Counted from the stretch's first letter, positions 24,662 through 39,233 are shown. The stretch is 64,000 nt of DNA from Octopus sinensis (GCF_006345805.1 NC_043024.1:15376001-15440000); one strand, 5' to 3'. Program-made: numbers and translations. Notes: generated by a model not told the origin, from the sequence alone.

Positions 24662-27600
24662 TCAATACTATAATATCCTATAATCAATCATGTAATATCC
24701 TATAATCAATCCTATAAAATCCTATAATTAATCCTATAATATCCTATAATTAATCCTATAAACAATCCTATAATATCCTATAATTAATCCTATAATTATC
24801 CTATGAATGATCCTATATGATTGTATAGTCAATCCTATAATACACTATAATCAATCCTATAATAGCCTATAATTAATCCTATACTATCCTATAATCAATC
24901 CTATAATACCTTTTAATCAATCCTATAATATCCTATGATTAATCCTATAATATCCTATAAGCGATCCTATAATATCCTATAACACTCTGTAATCAATCCT
25001 ATAATATGCTCTAATATCCTATAATTAATCCTATAACATCCTATAATAAATCCTATAATATTCTATAATCAAACCTATAATATCTTATAATTAATCCTAT
25101 AATATCCTATAATTAATCTTATATAATTCTATAATTAATCCTATAATATCCTATAATCAATCTTATCAAATCCTATAATTAATCCTATAAAATTCTACAA
25201 TTAATCCTATAATATCCTATAATGAATCCTAAAATATCCTATAATTAATTCTGTAATACCCTGTAATCAATCCTACAATATCCTATAATTAATCCTATAA
25301 TATCCTATAATTAATCTTATAATATCCTATAATCAATCCTATAATTTATTCTATAATACCCTGTAATCAATCCAACAAAATCCTATAGTTAATCCTATCA
25401 TATCCTATAATTAATGCCATTATATCCTAAAATTAATCTATAATATCCCATTATTAAGTAATCCTAAAAGACACTGTACTCAATCCTATAATATCCTATA
25501 ATTAATTCTATGATATCCTATAATTAATCATATTATATCCTATAATTAATCCTATAAAATCCTATAATTATTCCTGTAATATCCTATAAATAGTCTTATA
25601 ATATCCTATAATTAATCCAATAATAAATTCGATAATATCCTATAATTAATCCTAAAACATCCTATAATTAATCTTATAATATCCAATGATTAATCTTGTA
25701 ATATTCTTTAATTAATCTTAAAATATCCTATAATTAATCTTATAGTATCCTATGATTAATCCTATAATATCCTATAATTAATCCTATAAAATCCTATATT
25801 TTAATCGTATCATATCCTATAATTAATCCTATAATATCCTATAATTAATCCTATAATATCCTATAATTATTCCTATAATATCATATAATTAATCTTATAA
25901 TGTCCTATAATTAATCCAATAATATCCTACAATTAATCTTATAATATCCTATAATTAATCCTATAATATCCGATAATTAATCTTATAATATCCTATTATT
26001 AATCCTATAATATCGTGTAATTAATCTTATAATATCCTAAAATTAATCAAAAAATATCTTAAATTAATCTAATAATATCCTATAATTAATGCTATAATTA
26101 ATCATATAATACCCTGTAATCAATCCTACAATATCCTATAATTAATCATATAATATCCTATAATAACCTATAATCAATACCATAATATCCTATAATTAAT
26201 CCTATAATACCCTGTAATAACTCCTACAATATCCTATAATTAATCCTATGATATCCTAAAATTAATCTATAATAACCCTACAATTAATCTTATAATATCC
26301 TATAAGTAAATCTATAATATCCTATAATAAATCCTATAATATCCTATAATAAATCCTATAATATCCTATAATTAATCTTATATCATATAATTAATCTTAT
26401 AATACCCTATAATTCATCCTATAATATCCTATTATTAATCATGTAATATCCTATAATTAATCCTATAATATCCCACAATTAATTTTATAATATCCTATAA
26501 TTAATCCTATAAATAATCCTATAATATCCTCTAATTAATCTTATAATATCCTATAATTCATCCAATGATATCCTATAATTAATCTTATAATATCCTATAA
26601 TTTATCTTAAAATACCCTATAATTAATCCTATAATATCCTATAATTATTCCTATTGTATACTATAATTATTTCTATAATATCCTTTAATTAATCTTATAA
26701 TATCCTATAATATCCTGTAATTAATATTATAATATCCTATAATTAATCCTTTAATATCCTATAATTAATCTTATAATATCCTATAATTAATCCTTTAACA
26801 TCCTATAATTAATCTTATAACATCCTATAATTAATCCTATGATATCCTATAGTTATTCTTATAATATCCTATAATTAATCCTATAATAACCAATAATTGA
26901 TCTTATAATATCATATAGTTAATCTTATAATATCCCATGATTAATCCTATAATATCCTATAATTAATCCTATAATATCCTATAATTATTCCTATAATATC
27001 ATATAATTAATCTTATAATATCCTATAATTAATCCAATAATATCCTACAATTAATCTTATAATATCCTCTAATTAATCTTATAATTAATCCTATAATATC
27101 CTATAATTAATCTTATAATAACCTGTAATCAATACCACAATATCCTATAATTAATCCTATAATACCTTGTAATCAATCCTACAATATCCTATAATTAATC
27201 CTATGATATCCTAAAATTAATCTATAATATCCCATTATTAAGTAATCCTAAAAGACCCTCTAATCAATCCTATAATATCCTATAATTAATCCTATAATAT
27301 CCTATAATTAATCTTATAATATCCTATAATTAATCCTATAAAATCCTATAATTATTCCTATAATATCCAATAAATAATCTTAAAATATCCTATAATTAAG
27401 TTTATAATATCCTATAATAAATCCTCTAATATCCTATAATTAATCTTATAATATCCTATAATTAATCTATAATATCCTATAATTAATCTTATAATATCCT
27501 ATAATTAATCCTATAATATCCTATAATTAATCTTATAATATCCTATAATTAATCCTATAATATCCTATAATTAATCCTATAATATCCTATAATTAATCCT

Positions 27601-27757
27601 ATAATATCCTATAATTAATCTTATAATATCCTATAATTAATCCTATAATATCCTATAATTAATCCTATAATATCCTATAATTAATCTTATAATATCCTAT
27701 TATTAATCCAATAATATCGTGTAATTAATCCAATAATATCTTACAATTAATCTAATA
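24662..27757. repeat. 22-bp satellite (ATCCTATAATTA + ATCCTATAAT)n inside the gene 2A intron
   Basis: Directly visible; almost no G on the + strand; short tracts also at 23050-23088 and 23439-23663. Confidence 0.95.
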
Positions 27758-27835
27758 TGCATGTATGTATGTATATATATATATATATATATGCATGTAT
27801 GTATGTATATATATATATATATGTATATGTATATG

Positions 27836-27866
<31 letters not shown>

Positions 27867-28548
27867 GTATATGTATATATATACATACATATATATATAT
27901 ATATGTATATATATATACATATATATATATATATACACATACATAGATATATACACATATATATATATATATATACCTATTTATATAAATATTGAGGTTA
28001 TAAGTGCTTATGTATATATATATATATATACACACACACACAGAAAGAAAGAGAGATATGCATATCTATATATATATGAGCGTTTGTATGCACGTGTATG
28101 TACATACATACATTCATAATAAAGAGGAAAACGGAATAGTTCACCTAAAACTCATGCATGCCATGTGTTTGGCGGTTTTTAATTATTTAAACAAATCTAC
28201 AGTATTTGTTGCATGTTGATTCGGAGTTCAGCACGCTACAATATGTATCATCAGCGGATTATATATCCGAAAAAGAAGACACTCTAAATGTAAGACACAT
28301 AACGTGCTTACAGAATTGACCAATGGCTTGCATTCATAAAGAACTATAAAGCTAAGTGCTGTAAGCATGCAGAACCATTCCATATATAGAGTGACCAGCC
28401 ATATAATTAGCTTCCTATAAATATATATGTATATGTATATTTAATTTAAAATTTAATAAGGGTAGAAATTGATATTAATCAATTAAAACCAGTGGCCCAG
28501 CATATTAAAAAATCCAGAGATTAAAATATTTTTGCATACAAAATTTAA

Positions 28549-28760
28549 AGGACTGAACACTAAAAGTGGACGGTCAAGATGCTAGATATAGACGTCAAGT
28601 CGCTATTTTCCACAAAGAATATGTTCTCAAATAAAAACTCAGCACAAAACCAAAGCATTAAAAATATTTTATTTATTTGAGAACATAATTTTTGTGGAAA
28701 ATAGCGATTTGACGTCTATATCTAGCATGTTGACCGTCCACTTTTTGAGTGGTCAGTCCT
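28549..28760. mobile_element. Fold-back MITE-like element (arms about 88 bp)
   Basis: 28549-28636 is a near reverse complement of about 28670-28760. Confidence 0.75.
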
Positions 28761-28793
28761 GTATGTATGTATATGTATATATAGTCAACATAC

Positions 28794-28907
28794 CTTTTGT
28801 TTAGGATAACCAACAAATGGAGGAATCACTTTTCTTTCTTCATAATCACCTCCAAAACCAGCTTTACACATATATGATCCATTATCAATAACAATGGAAG
28901 CAACCAT
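28794..28907 (-). CDS. Divergent actin-like gene 2A, exon 1 (38 codons)
   Basis: [38 protein letters not shown] then AAG|GTATGTTGACTAT, homologous to the gene 1 donor GTACGTTGACTAT; phase 0; not in the ORF track. Confidence 0.9.
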
Positions 28908-29301
28908 GCTTGTGTTTTTAGGTTGGATAGAATATTTCTGGCTGATGTATAGAAATATTAATGTTCAGTTTCTTAGTGTTGTGGCTTGTGGGATGTGAGC
29001 TTGTCTCAAATTTAGCTTCTGGTCCTTGGTAAGAGTAAAAATGTTATGGGAAAACAGGTACGATAGTAATTTATATACGTTTCATATTCTGTTGAACTGA
29101 CCAATAAATTTTACTGTTTGCAAAACAAGGAAGTTTTCTTCATAGAAAATATGTATATGTTTTCAGTAACTAGAAACAAAGATGTTTAAAAAAATGTGAT
29201 AAACCATACATTTGTTCACGTGATATTATTGTATAAATATTTTAGAACAAACAATTCTTCCTTGTAAGAGATTTTCTTCACTGGAATTCTCTTCCTGGTC
29301 C

Positions 29302-29332
<31 letters not shown>

Positions 29333-29390
29333 CATATATGAATATATATGAATGTATCTATATAATCTATGTGTGTGTGTATGTGTGTAT

Positions 29391-29434
<44 letters not shown>

Positions 29435-29446
29435 CATATATGTATG

Positions 29447-29478
<32 letters not shown>

Positions 29479-29625
29479 TATATATACACATACACATCAC
29501 ACACACATATAGATATATACAAGTTTGTATATACAAATATGTTTATAAATCTATATGTATTTATAAGTTTATATACAAACACATATGTCCACAAACACAC
29601 ATATATACTTATATACACATATATA

Positions 29626-30245
29626 CAGGGTGAGATGGGTAAATTGTCTCCATTTTATATTTTTTATTTTACGCATGCTCATTGTTTGTTTTTAATTTTC
29701 TCAACTACACAGCATAGTAGGGTCAGTTGGGCACCATCTGTGAGGAAAACAATACTATGGCCAGAAATTTTTAAATGACATGCTGTATAGCTTGGCATTC
29801 ATCCTGGAAGCTATTTCCCGTATGAACATTTCGGATTGTTTGGGTGTCAATCTGAGGACAGCGCAGAGGATTCGGGAAGAGTTTGAATGAGTCTATTGTT
29901 GATTATGAAGATATGGCAGCTCAAAAAACTCACTCTGATCATTCTGATAAGAAAAGAACTCTTGACCTTGTTGGTGAGGTTCAAGACATGGATTGATAAC
30001 GACCCCTTCCAAGACAATCAGTTCCATCACCAGGGACATGGGAATGTCTGAGTTTCTTATCAGACAGGTAGTGTGTGAAGCAATTTGGTATTCCTCATAC
30101 AAGACGAGAAACAACCAGTTTTTATCCCAAGCCATTAAGGACAAGAGGAAAGACTCCTCTACGAAGTATTTGAACAAACTCAAGGATCCACTCCAACCGA
30201 ACATGCATTGGTTTTTCTCTGACAAGAAAAATTTCACCAACTGAA
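29626..30245 (+). mobile_element. Tc1/mariner-superfamily transposon relic
   Basis: TA|CAGGGTG start; frameshifted transposase DPSKTISSITRDMGMSEFLIRQVV...WFFSD.KNF (HTH plus first catalytic Asp). Confidence 0.7.
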
Positions 30246-30594
30246 AAGGGCCTACAAAGGTCTTAGGGGTTGCCTCTACCCCCAGATCCTGGAAGGGAAG
30301 AGAAAAAGGAAAAAGAAACACCTTCACAAATTGATAATGGCTGATTCTAGATTAATAACTCAACTCTGGGGACCCAATTATTTTCTATTTCATAAATAGG
30401 TGCAGGTATTAAGGCGGCGAGCTGACAGAAACTTCTTTCCATGCAGGAAATGAGGAATAGGTAGACAGCCGACAACTGATGAAGGGTCATCCTTTATATT
30501 AAATATCCTGTTTTCCAATTTTTTCTCTCGTTGAGTATTTAATTAATTTGTTTTTGTATTTCACGTTGTATACTATTGGTGATATCTTGTACCC

Positions 30595-30671
<77 letters not shown>

Positions 30672-30757
30672 GAATAAATGAAAGAATGGAGACGAACGAA
30701 GATTTTAACAGGTATCGGTTAAACGAATTTTCCATGCCAGGATAATTCATTCACCTA

Positions 30758-30827
<70 letters not shown>

Positions 30828-31170
30828 TATATATATATATATATATAGTATGTATATATATATATGTATATATATATATATGTATTATATATATATATAT
30901 AATATATATATATAATGTATGTATATATATATGATATATATATATATGTAATATATATAGATTTGTATAATATATTGTATATACTATGTATATATATATA
31001 TATGTTATATAATATATTGTATAATATATGTATATATATATGTATATATATATATATATATGTATGCCAGGATAATTCATTCACCTACTTTTATATATAT
31101 ATATATAATATATATATATATATTATATATAATATATATATATATATATTATATAATGTAATATATATAT

Positions 31171-31213
<43 letters not shown>

Positions 31214-31272
31214 ATATATATATGTATATATATATATGTATATATATATATATGTATGTATATATATATATG

Positions 31273-31324
<52 letters not shown>

Positions 31325-31399
31325 GTATGTATATATATATATGTATATATATATATATGTATATATATATATTTGTATATATATATGTATATATATATG

Positions 31400-31431
<32 letters not shown>

Positions 31432-31460
31432 TGTATGTATATATATATATGTATATTTTA
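30595..31460. repeat. Long interrupted (TA)n tract containing a duplicated 30-bp unique motif
   Basis: ATGCCAGGATAATTCATTCACCTACTTTT at about 30735 and 31063. Confidence 0.9.
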
Positions 31461-31599
31461 TTTCCTTTGATATATAACCTCTCACCTCTGCTACTATTTG
31501 GCATATACAGGTGCTTACATTTATCAAGTATTCACCCTGAATTTATTGTACCTACCTGACCTACGTTGTCAATTGGATCAGATCCCATATAACCTCGAC

Positions 31600-34555
31600 A
31601 ACCTTTAGTACTTGATAAACATAAACATGATACAAAGGATTAATACCAATTTCTCTCCCAAGAACATACCACTTCACACCGAAAATGCATATATGGCGAC
31701 CCTTATCCATAGAACTACGGATTTCATTAGAAGGATTAGATGGGCTGCCTACCATTTTGACAACAAAGAAAAATGCAACTCTGATAGGAACCAGGACGAA
31801 ATGATATACAGAAAAAGTTTTTAAAGTAGAAGAAACCCACCTCGAAATTACACTTTGGAAAATTTTAAGAAGGACTTAATCGACTTTATTAGCAGTATCA
31901 AATTTAAAAAGCATAGGACCATTTCGAACACTCACTTGAATAGTTTAAAAGAGTTCATAAATTCACTTAGGAATGAGGACAGTCTAATTGTACCTGCTGA
32001 TAAAATCGGCAATTGGTAAAAATTAGATTACAATAATTACAAATTACTAATCATGAAGGAATTACATAAAAAAATTCAAGATCGCATCTACTGAAAACCT
32101 AAAGGAAATTAACTTAAAAATAAAGGAAGAAATGACTAAACTGGATCTACTAGATAGGACTGAACCTCTCAAACCTCAGGAGCCATAAAAAAGGATTCCC
32201 AGAAAACAGGAGTAAGATTAATATGTCCAACTAAATCAGATATAGGCAGACTTAGCAAAACTATTCTGGACACAGTGAATCCACGGATTAAACCCCATAT
32301 TCCACTCAATTTATGGATTAATACCGATGATGTTCTAGAGTGGTTTAACTCCATTACTGACAGATGTAATTATTCTTTTATACAGTTCGACATAGCAAAT
32401 TACTATGCTAGCATCTCCCCTATATTACTGAATAAGTCCCTTATATATGCCCGTAGCCTTTCGCTCGTAGATAGAGAAAAAATTGATATTATACTCTTAG
32501 CTAGGAAGACAATAATCGAATTTGATGGTAAACTTTGGACTAGATACGATACCCCTGATAGCTTCGATGTGGCCATGGGCTCGAGCGATTCAGCTCAGGT
32601 AACTGACTTGGTCGGGGCCTACCTGCTTAAGAAGCTGTTCTCGGAGGTACCAGATCTTCAGGGGGGTCTATATAGGGATGATGCACTTTTCATATACCCC
32701 ACTAATAATAAGAGTAAACTAGAAAGAATTAGAAGAAAGATTAGGCAATTCTTTAAATCATTTAATCTAAAACTAGAGTTTATGACTAGTACTAAGATAG
32801 TTGATTTTTTAGATGTTACATTAGATATAGACAAAGGCCTTCACTACCCCTATAGGAAACCGGAAGAAACCACTAGATATATTAACACATCATCCAATCA
32901 CCCGCCCTGTATAGTTGATACCACAGTCCAAGCAGTCTCTGACAGACTGAGTTATCATCAAACAATAATATCTTCAGTGATTACGCGCATCACTATAACC
33001 AAGCCCTCTCTAGCACTGGGCACCCCCAGAACATCCGTCATCAATAAAACTCCATCACATAAACGAACTAAGGATTCCAGAACCAATCATTTAGATTTAA
33101 ATTTAAAATTAAATGAAATTAGACTAAATAGTTGCAATAAAAACGCAGATTCAACTAATATAAATTCAAACAGGACTAAGAAACAAACAGACAGAAATCG
33201 CACCAATAGAAATTTAGTTAATGAAAACCCTACCGATAGGAGTATCACAGATAATATTAGAAGACACAAGAGTAAAAACGGTAGATTACGTAAATATATA
33301 TGGTATAACATACCATATAATGTAGCGGTTAAGGGTAAATTATGCAAAAAAATATTTTCAATAATATCTATTAATTTTCCACCCACTCATAGATATAGTA
33401 GTATCTTTTCAAATAAAACTATTAGGATATCATACTCAACTCTACCTAACATGAGCTGCCTCATAGCTAAACATAATAAAACTAAAATTAAAATAGCTAG
33501 TTTAAGAGTAAATAATAATGATCAATCAAACCCCAACAGCCCAGGAGTGAACATTGGTAGTAACCAAACTAATAGCTATAGCCAAGGCATTATCCCTATA
33601 GCTTTGATACCTAACCGCCAAGCTGACAACTTAGAGATAACTGATAGTAGTTCCCTAAACAGCGAATTTAACGTTGATAATAACTATAGCAACATTAATA
33701 ATAGTATCAGTAAATATAATAACAATAATAATCTGGATAGCAATAGCAACATTGAAATAGCTAGTAATAGCTCCCATTACAATAATGGAGATAATATTAT
33801 ACCCAATAATTATATAACTAATGAAGATAATGCTACTACTACTCTTAATGTGATAACTCAGCCCACAACGAACAATAATTGTGAATTTAATTTTACTAAT
33901 TGTAATAGCAATATAACTAGCAATAATAGAGATGTATGTGATAGATTTAATATCAGTACTAGCAGTAGAAGAAATATAGGTAGGAAAAACTTAAATAGCA
34001 CCAATAGAGATAACAATAACAATAGCGAAGACGTTAGCGGAGCTTCTATCTACCATACCTGACAGCAACCATACCGAAATTATCCGTCCGCGGATTAATA
34101 ACAGACAGCCGGGAAATGGTAATTTCGGGTGCAATTGTCTGGATGCAACAGCTTGTCCCTTACGTGGAAATTTCTTAGCAAAAAACGTAGTTTATTCCTG
34201 TGAAGTAATTACTGAAACGAACACTCTTACATACATTGGGTGCTCATCCATCTGGAAATCTAGGTTCTATAACCACCGGTCGTCATTTAGGCTCAAACAT
34301 AAGGCTAGTAGTACTTCTTTATTAAGTAAGATTTGGGAACTTAGGGACAAAAATATCGAATTTAACCTTAGACGGTCCATTATTGGATTGGCTGCGGCTT
34401 ATAAAAATGATAGAACAGGTTGCCAGCTATGTTGCATAGAACTTCTAAAAATCCTTAGATTCAAAGATAAAAAAAAGCTAATTAATAAAAGATCTGAATT
34501 CAAACCATCGTGTATGCATAAATTAACTAAAACCTTTAAATATTATAATCCTTAA
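31600..34555 (+). mobile_element. Near full-length Penelope-like element (RT plus GIY-YIG), inactivated
   Basis: RT motifs FDI..YY.SI, FDVAMGS.DSA, GLYRDD, FLDVTL, SNHPP in ORF 32275-34062; GIY-YIG CNC..CPL...VVY...YIG...NH.SSF...C.LC in another frame ending at 34555; stops in the N-terminal region. Confidence 0.9.
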
Positions 34556-34954
34556 TTTTCCATTGTAATATCTTCATAATCATTTCACATTGGAATTTCA
34601 ATAATCTACTACTCAGGTATTAGATTAACTACTCATGGACTTATCCCAACAACTCTATCCCCGGATAGTATGCACATACCATTCAATCGGGAAAATTTAT
34701 ACTTTTATACTTACCTATGCGTATCTAAATGGAACATAGATAAATAATCTAACCATGGTCTCTATAATTTAGCATATAGCTTCATTAATATCTTTACTAA
34801 TATCAACATTAGACGAGTAATATAGGGTAATAAATACCTAGAAACTGTTGGCTTCTCACTTCCCCTAACAATATAAATAAGAGTATTTTACATAGTAGAT
34901 AATCGTAAAATCTCTCAAACCAATGTAGTTTTCCATTCAATATTACATTGTAAT

Positions 34955-35305
34955 GGAAGCACTCCGTCGGTTACGACGACGAGGGTTCCGGTTGATCCGA
35001 ATCAACGGAACAGCCTGCTCGTGAGCACTCCACAGACACGTGTACCCTTAACGTAGTTCTCGGGGATAGTCAGCATGACACAGAGAGTGACAAGGCCGGC
35101 CCCTTGAAATACAGGTACAACAGAAACAGGAAGTAAGAGTGAGAGAGAAAGTTGTGGTGAAAGAGTACAGCAGGGATCACCACCATCACCTGCCGGAGCC
35201 TCGTGGAGCTTTAGGCGTTTTCGCTCAATAAACACTCACAACGCCCGGTCTGGGAATCGAAACAACGAGTCCGCTGCCCTAACCACTGGGCCATTGCGCC
35301 TCCAC
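34955..35305 (-). mobile_element. tRNA-derived SINE, family C, with 11-bp target-site duplication
   Basis: TACATTGTAAT at 34944-34954 and 35306-35316; A-box and B-box-like head on the minus strand. Confidence 0.8.
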
Positions 35306-36168
35306 TACATTGTAATACTGTAACAATATTGTTATCACCAGTATTTTTCGATTATTCTTTCCATTATAATCTTTGCTTCTGTACTTTGATGTTGTACTTT
35401 TTTCTTATTTAACGTATCTTTCTCACCTTTCTTATTTTTTCCTTTTTTTCCTACTTTTTTCCTATCTTTTCTGATATTATTTTTTTTTATTTTATTTTAT
35501 TTATTTTTATATTTTTTTTTTTCATATTTTTTATTTTATTTATATTTTATTTATCTATTTATTTCTTTTTTTTTCTTTTTCCTTTTTATTTTTTTCCTTT
35601 TTTTCTAATTTTATCGTTTATTTTTATCTTTACATTTTAATTATTATTAACTTGTTAATTAATTACAACTGTTACATCCCCCAAATCAAGATAGATGTTT
35701 AGAAGGTGTGATACATTTGCGTGTGTGTATGAATGAATCCACGGGTGTGTGTGTATGAAGATGTATACATAGTGTGATTCGCATGTACGAGTGGAAGTGT
35801 ACACACACTCACATATATGTATATGTATATATATATGTGTGTGTACGTATGTGTGTGTGTGTGTACGTATGTGTGTGTATGTGTGTGCATGTATGTGTGT
35901 GCATGTATGTGTGTATGTATGTATGTAGATGTGTGTGTGTATATACATATATATATAAATGTATGTGTGTATATATATATAAGTATATGTGTATATGTTT
36001 ATTTTTATGTATGTGTATATGGGGGTGTACATATGTGTATATATGTGTATGTGTAGGTATGTATATACGTATGCATGTGTGAGTGTATGTATGTGTATGT
36101 ATATGTGTGTATGTATATATATATATATATGTGTGTGTGGTGTGTGTGTGTATGCATATGTATGTGTA

Positions 36169-36202
<34 letters not shown>

Positions 36203-36375
36203 CATGTGTGCTTGTATATTCGGGAATGTATAGATATGTGGATATGTACATGTGTGTGCATGTATATATACGTATATTTGTATGTATATATGTGTTAGGT
36301 ATGTGTAGGTGTACATTTGTATGTGGATGTGTATATGTGTATGGGTATATGTAAATTAATAAATAAAATAAAACA

Positions 36376-36775
36376 TAGCGTAGGAGTGGCTGTGTGGTAA
36401 GTAGCATGCTTATGAACCATATGGTTCCGGGTTCAGTCCCACTGCGTGGCACCTTAGGCAAGTGTCTTCTACTATAGCCTCGGGCTGACCAAAGCCTTGT
36501 GAGTGGATTTGGTAGATGGAAACTGAAAGAAACCCGTCGTATATATATATATATGCGTGTGTGTGTCTGTGTTTGTCCCCCTAGCATTGCTTGACAGCCG
36601 ATGCTGGTGTGTTTACGACCCCGTCACATAGCAGTTCGGCAAAACAGACCGATAGAATAATTACTGGGCTTACAAATAATAAGTATCGGGGTCGATTTGC
36701 TCGACTAAAGGCGGTGCTCCAGCATGGCCGCAGTCAAATGACTGAAACAAGTAACAGGGTAAAGAGAGTAAGAGT
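36376..36775 (+). mobile_element. SINE family A
   Basis: Full-length match to the family. Confidence 0.85.
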
Positions 36776-37002
36776 ATATACATACATATATGTACATACC
36801 TACCTCGACATGTATATATACACGCATATATGTGTACAGGACAGCAAAAAAAACGTTGAACATAATGGGAAACGAAAACATAGATCCAAAACCAAGGAAC
36901 TGGACATTTTTCTTAAACAACAAAAAAATAGAGTACAGGACAAATAACACAAGGAAAATTCCCCTTCTTCAGTCGCCATGGTTTCATCTACTCTACGTTT
37001 CG

Positions 37003-37054
<52 letters not shown>

Positions 37055-37187
37055 ATATATTATATGTATGTATATGTGTATGTATATGTATGTGTGTATG
37101 TATGTATATACATAGGTGTGTGTGTGTATATGTGTATATGTGCATGGGTGTGTGTATGTGTGAGCGTGGGTGAACATGTATGTGAGC

Positions 37188-37232
<45 letters not shown>

Positions 37233-37236
<4 letters not shown>

Positions 37237-37560
37237 CGCAGGAGTGGCTGTGTGGTAAGTAGCTTGCTAACCAACCACATGGTTCCGGGTTCAGTCCCAC
37301 TGCATAGCATCTTGTGCAATGCCTTGTAGACGGAAAGAAGCCTGTCGTATATATGTATGTGCCTGTGTTTGTCCCCCTAGCATTGCTTGACAACCGATGC
37401 TGGTGTGTTTACGTCCCCGTCACTTAGCGGTTCGGCATAAGAGACCGATAGAATAAGTACTGGGCTTACAAAGAATAAGTCCCCGGGTCGATTTGCTCGA
37501 CTAAAAGTGGTGCTCCAGCATGGCCACAGTCGAATGACTGAAACAAGTAAAAGAGTAAAT
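37233..37560 (+). mobile_element. SINE family A (internal deletion)
   Basis: Matches the family. Confidence 0.85.
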
Positions 37561-38065
37561 AGAGAGATATATGTGTGTGTGTGTATGTATATGTTTAGTG
37601 AGTTTTACATGGGTGTGGTTATGTGTGTGTAATGATAATTACATCGGTACATATCATTAGCTGTATGTATCAGGTTTATATATGTGCTTGTGGGTGAGTA
37701 TGTAGACACACGCACCCACATACAAGATATACTTAAAGCATGTAGCGACAGATTGCCATAAAATATCAAATTTCATTTCCCCTTCCTCTGGTAATTAGAA
37801 GTAATTTATGACGCTTACCACAGCATCAAAACTTTTTAACATCTTTAACATCTTTTTAACATCTTTAACATTTTTAATTCTTTTGTGTTTACGATCTCTT
37901 TGTATCCTTTTATTTTTATTTTTATTTTTGTACATTTTACATTTTTACAATACATTTCTAGAATTTATAGCTTTATACCTTCCGTGTTTTATACTTTTTT
38001 ACGTTTTTATATTTTTATATCCTTATATTTTTATATTCTTATATCTTTATATTTTTTTATTATAT

Positions 38066-38452
38066 TGGCTGTGTGGTAAGTAGCTTGCTAACCAACCACA
38101 TGATTCCGGGTTCAGTCCCACTGCGTGGCATCTTGGGCAAGTGTCTTCTGCTATAGCCCCAGGCCGACCAATGCCTCATGAGTGGATTTGGTAGACGGAA
38201 ACTGAAAGAAGCCTGTCATATATATGTATATATGTGTATGTGTGTGTGTTTGTCCCCCTAGCATTGCTTGACAACCGATGCTGGTGTGTTTACGTCCCCG
38301 TCACTTAGCGGTTCAGCAAAAGAGACCGATAGAATAAGTACTGGGCTTACAAAGAATAAGTCCCGGGGTCGATTTGCTCGACTAAAGGCGGTGCTCCAGC
38401 ATGGCCGCAGTCAAATGACTGAAACAAGTAAAAGAGTAAAGAGTAAAGAGAG
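38066..38452 (+). mobile_element. SINE family A
   Basis: Matches the family. Confidence 0.85.
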
Positions 38453-38740
38453 TATATCCATTAATATTTAGCATGGTAGGTGTTTGTAAGCCATTTAAGA
38501 AACACACAAAAGCCGTCCGATTCACTTCAACATTTAAGGTTAACTTGTCAAAATATTTTCGTCGCTTTAAGACCGCGACCTGTTCACTAAACTTAAATGT
38601 TAAGTGAATCGAACGGCTTTTGTGTGTTTCTTAAATGGCTTACAAATACCTTCCACGCTGCAATTATTTTCGTTTCAGCACACGATCTCAGATCAAATCA
38701 CTTGCTATGCAAATACATCATATATATTTATATTTTTACT
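38453..38740 (-). repeat. PLE pLTR-type fold-back; its inverted partner is at 40300-40586
   Basis: Internal inverted arms; the whole block is a reverse complement of 40300-40586; carries a truncated HHR-variant motif. Confidence 0.75.
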
Positions 38741-39233
38741 TGTGATCCCAACATTATTACCGTTTCCTTCTCTTCCCCTTTATTCTTCTTTTTCCTTTTC
38801 TTTCTCTTTTTTCTCAACCTACAATTCTCCTTATTTCCTTCCCTTACAAGAGGAATGAACCCGCTAGAATCTACTCAGCATTAACTCTGTATTGACTGAT
38901 GATTCAGTATGGACGGATTTCCGAAGTCCAATAATACCCTGCACACCTATTTGATTATGAAGATTTACAAACATACTTTCTCAGTGAAACTCAATATACC
39001 TACCATTATAGATAAAGCCAAATGTTCCTTTTCGGACTTTTCACAATGTGATACAGGTCTTTGGTATAGCAATTGCATGCGGCTGAAGAGAGCTTTAAGC
39101 CATCTGTTATGTCGATTACACATTGATGTAAGAATAGGTTGTTGTATAAAGCTCGAAACATGTGTACCACGACATCCTTTGTGTTCTGTTTTTTATTTCA
39201 TTTGATTTTATTTGATTTTATTTCATTGATATA

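Larger units (their letters stand above)
17336..27757 (+). repeat. Segmental duplication, copy A
   Basis: Collinear, high-identity match to 54855-64000; offset about 36.4 kb at the actin exon. Confidence 0.95.

Noticed and set aside
24662-27757. Satellite as a CRISPR array, telomere or bacterial -10 (TATAAT) array
   Set aside because: No unique spacers or cas genes, not G-rich or terminal, and the context is eukaryotic and intronic.
36955-37010. Hammerhead-like half motifs (also 30470-30490, 34804-34850, 38890-38925, 54905-54935)
   Set aside because: CUGANGA or GAAAC is present, but stems or the cleavage triplet cannot be completed in these copies.
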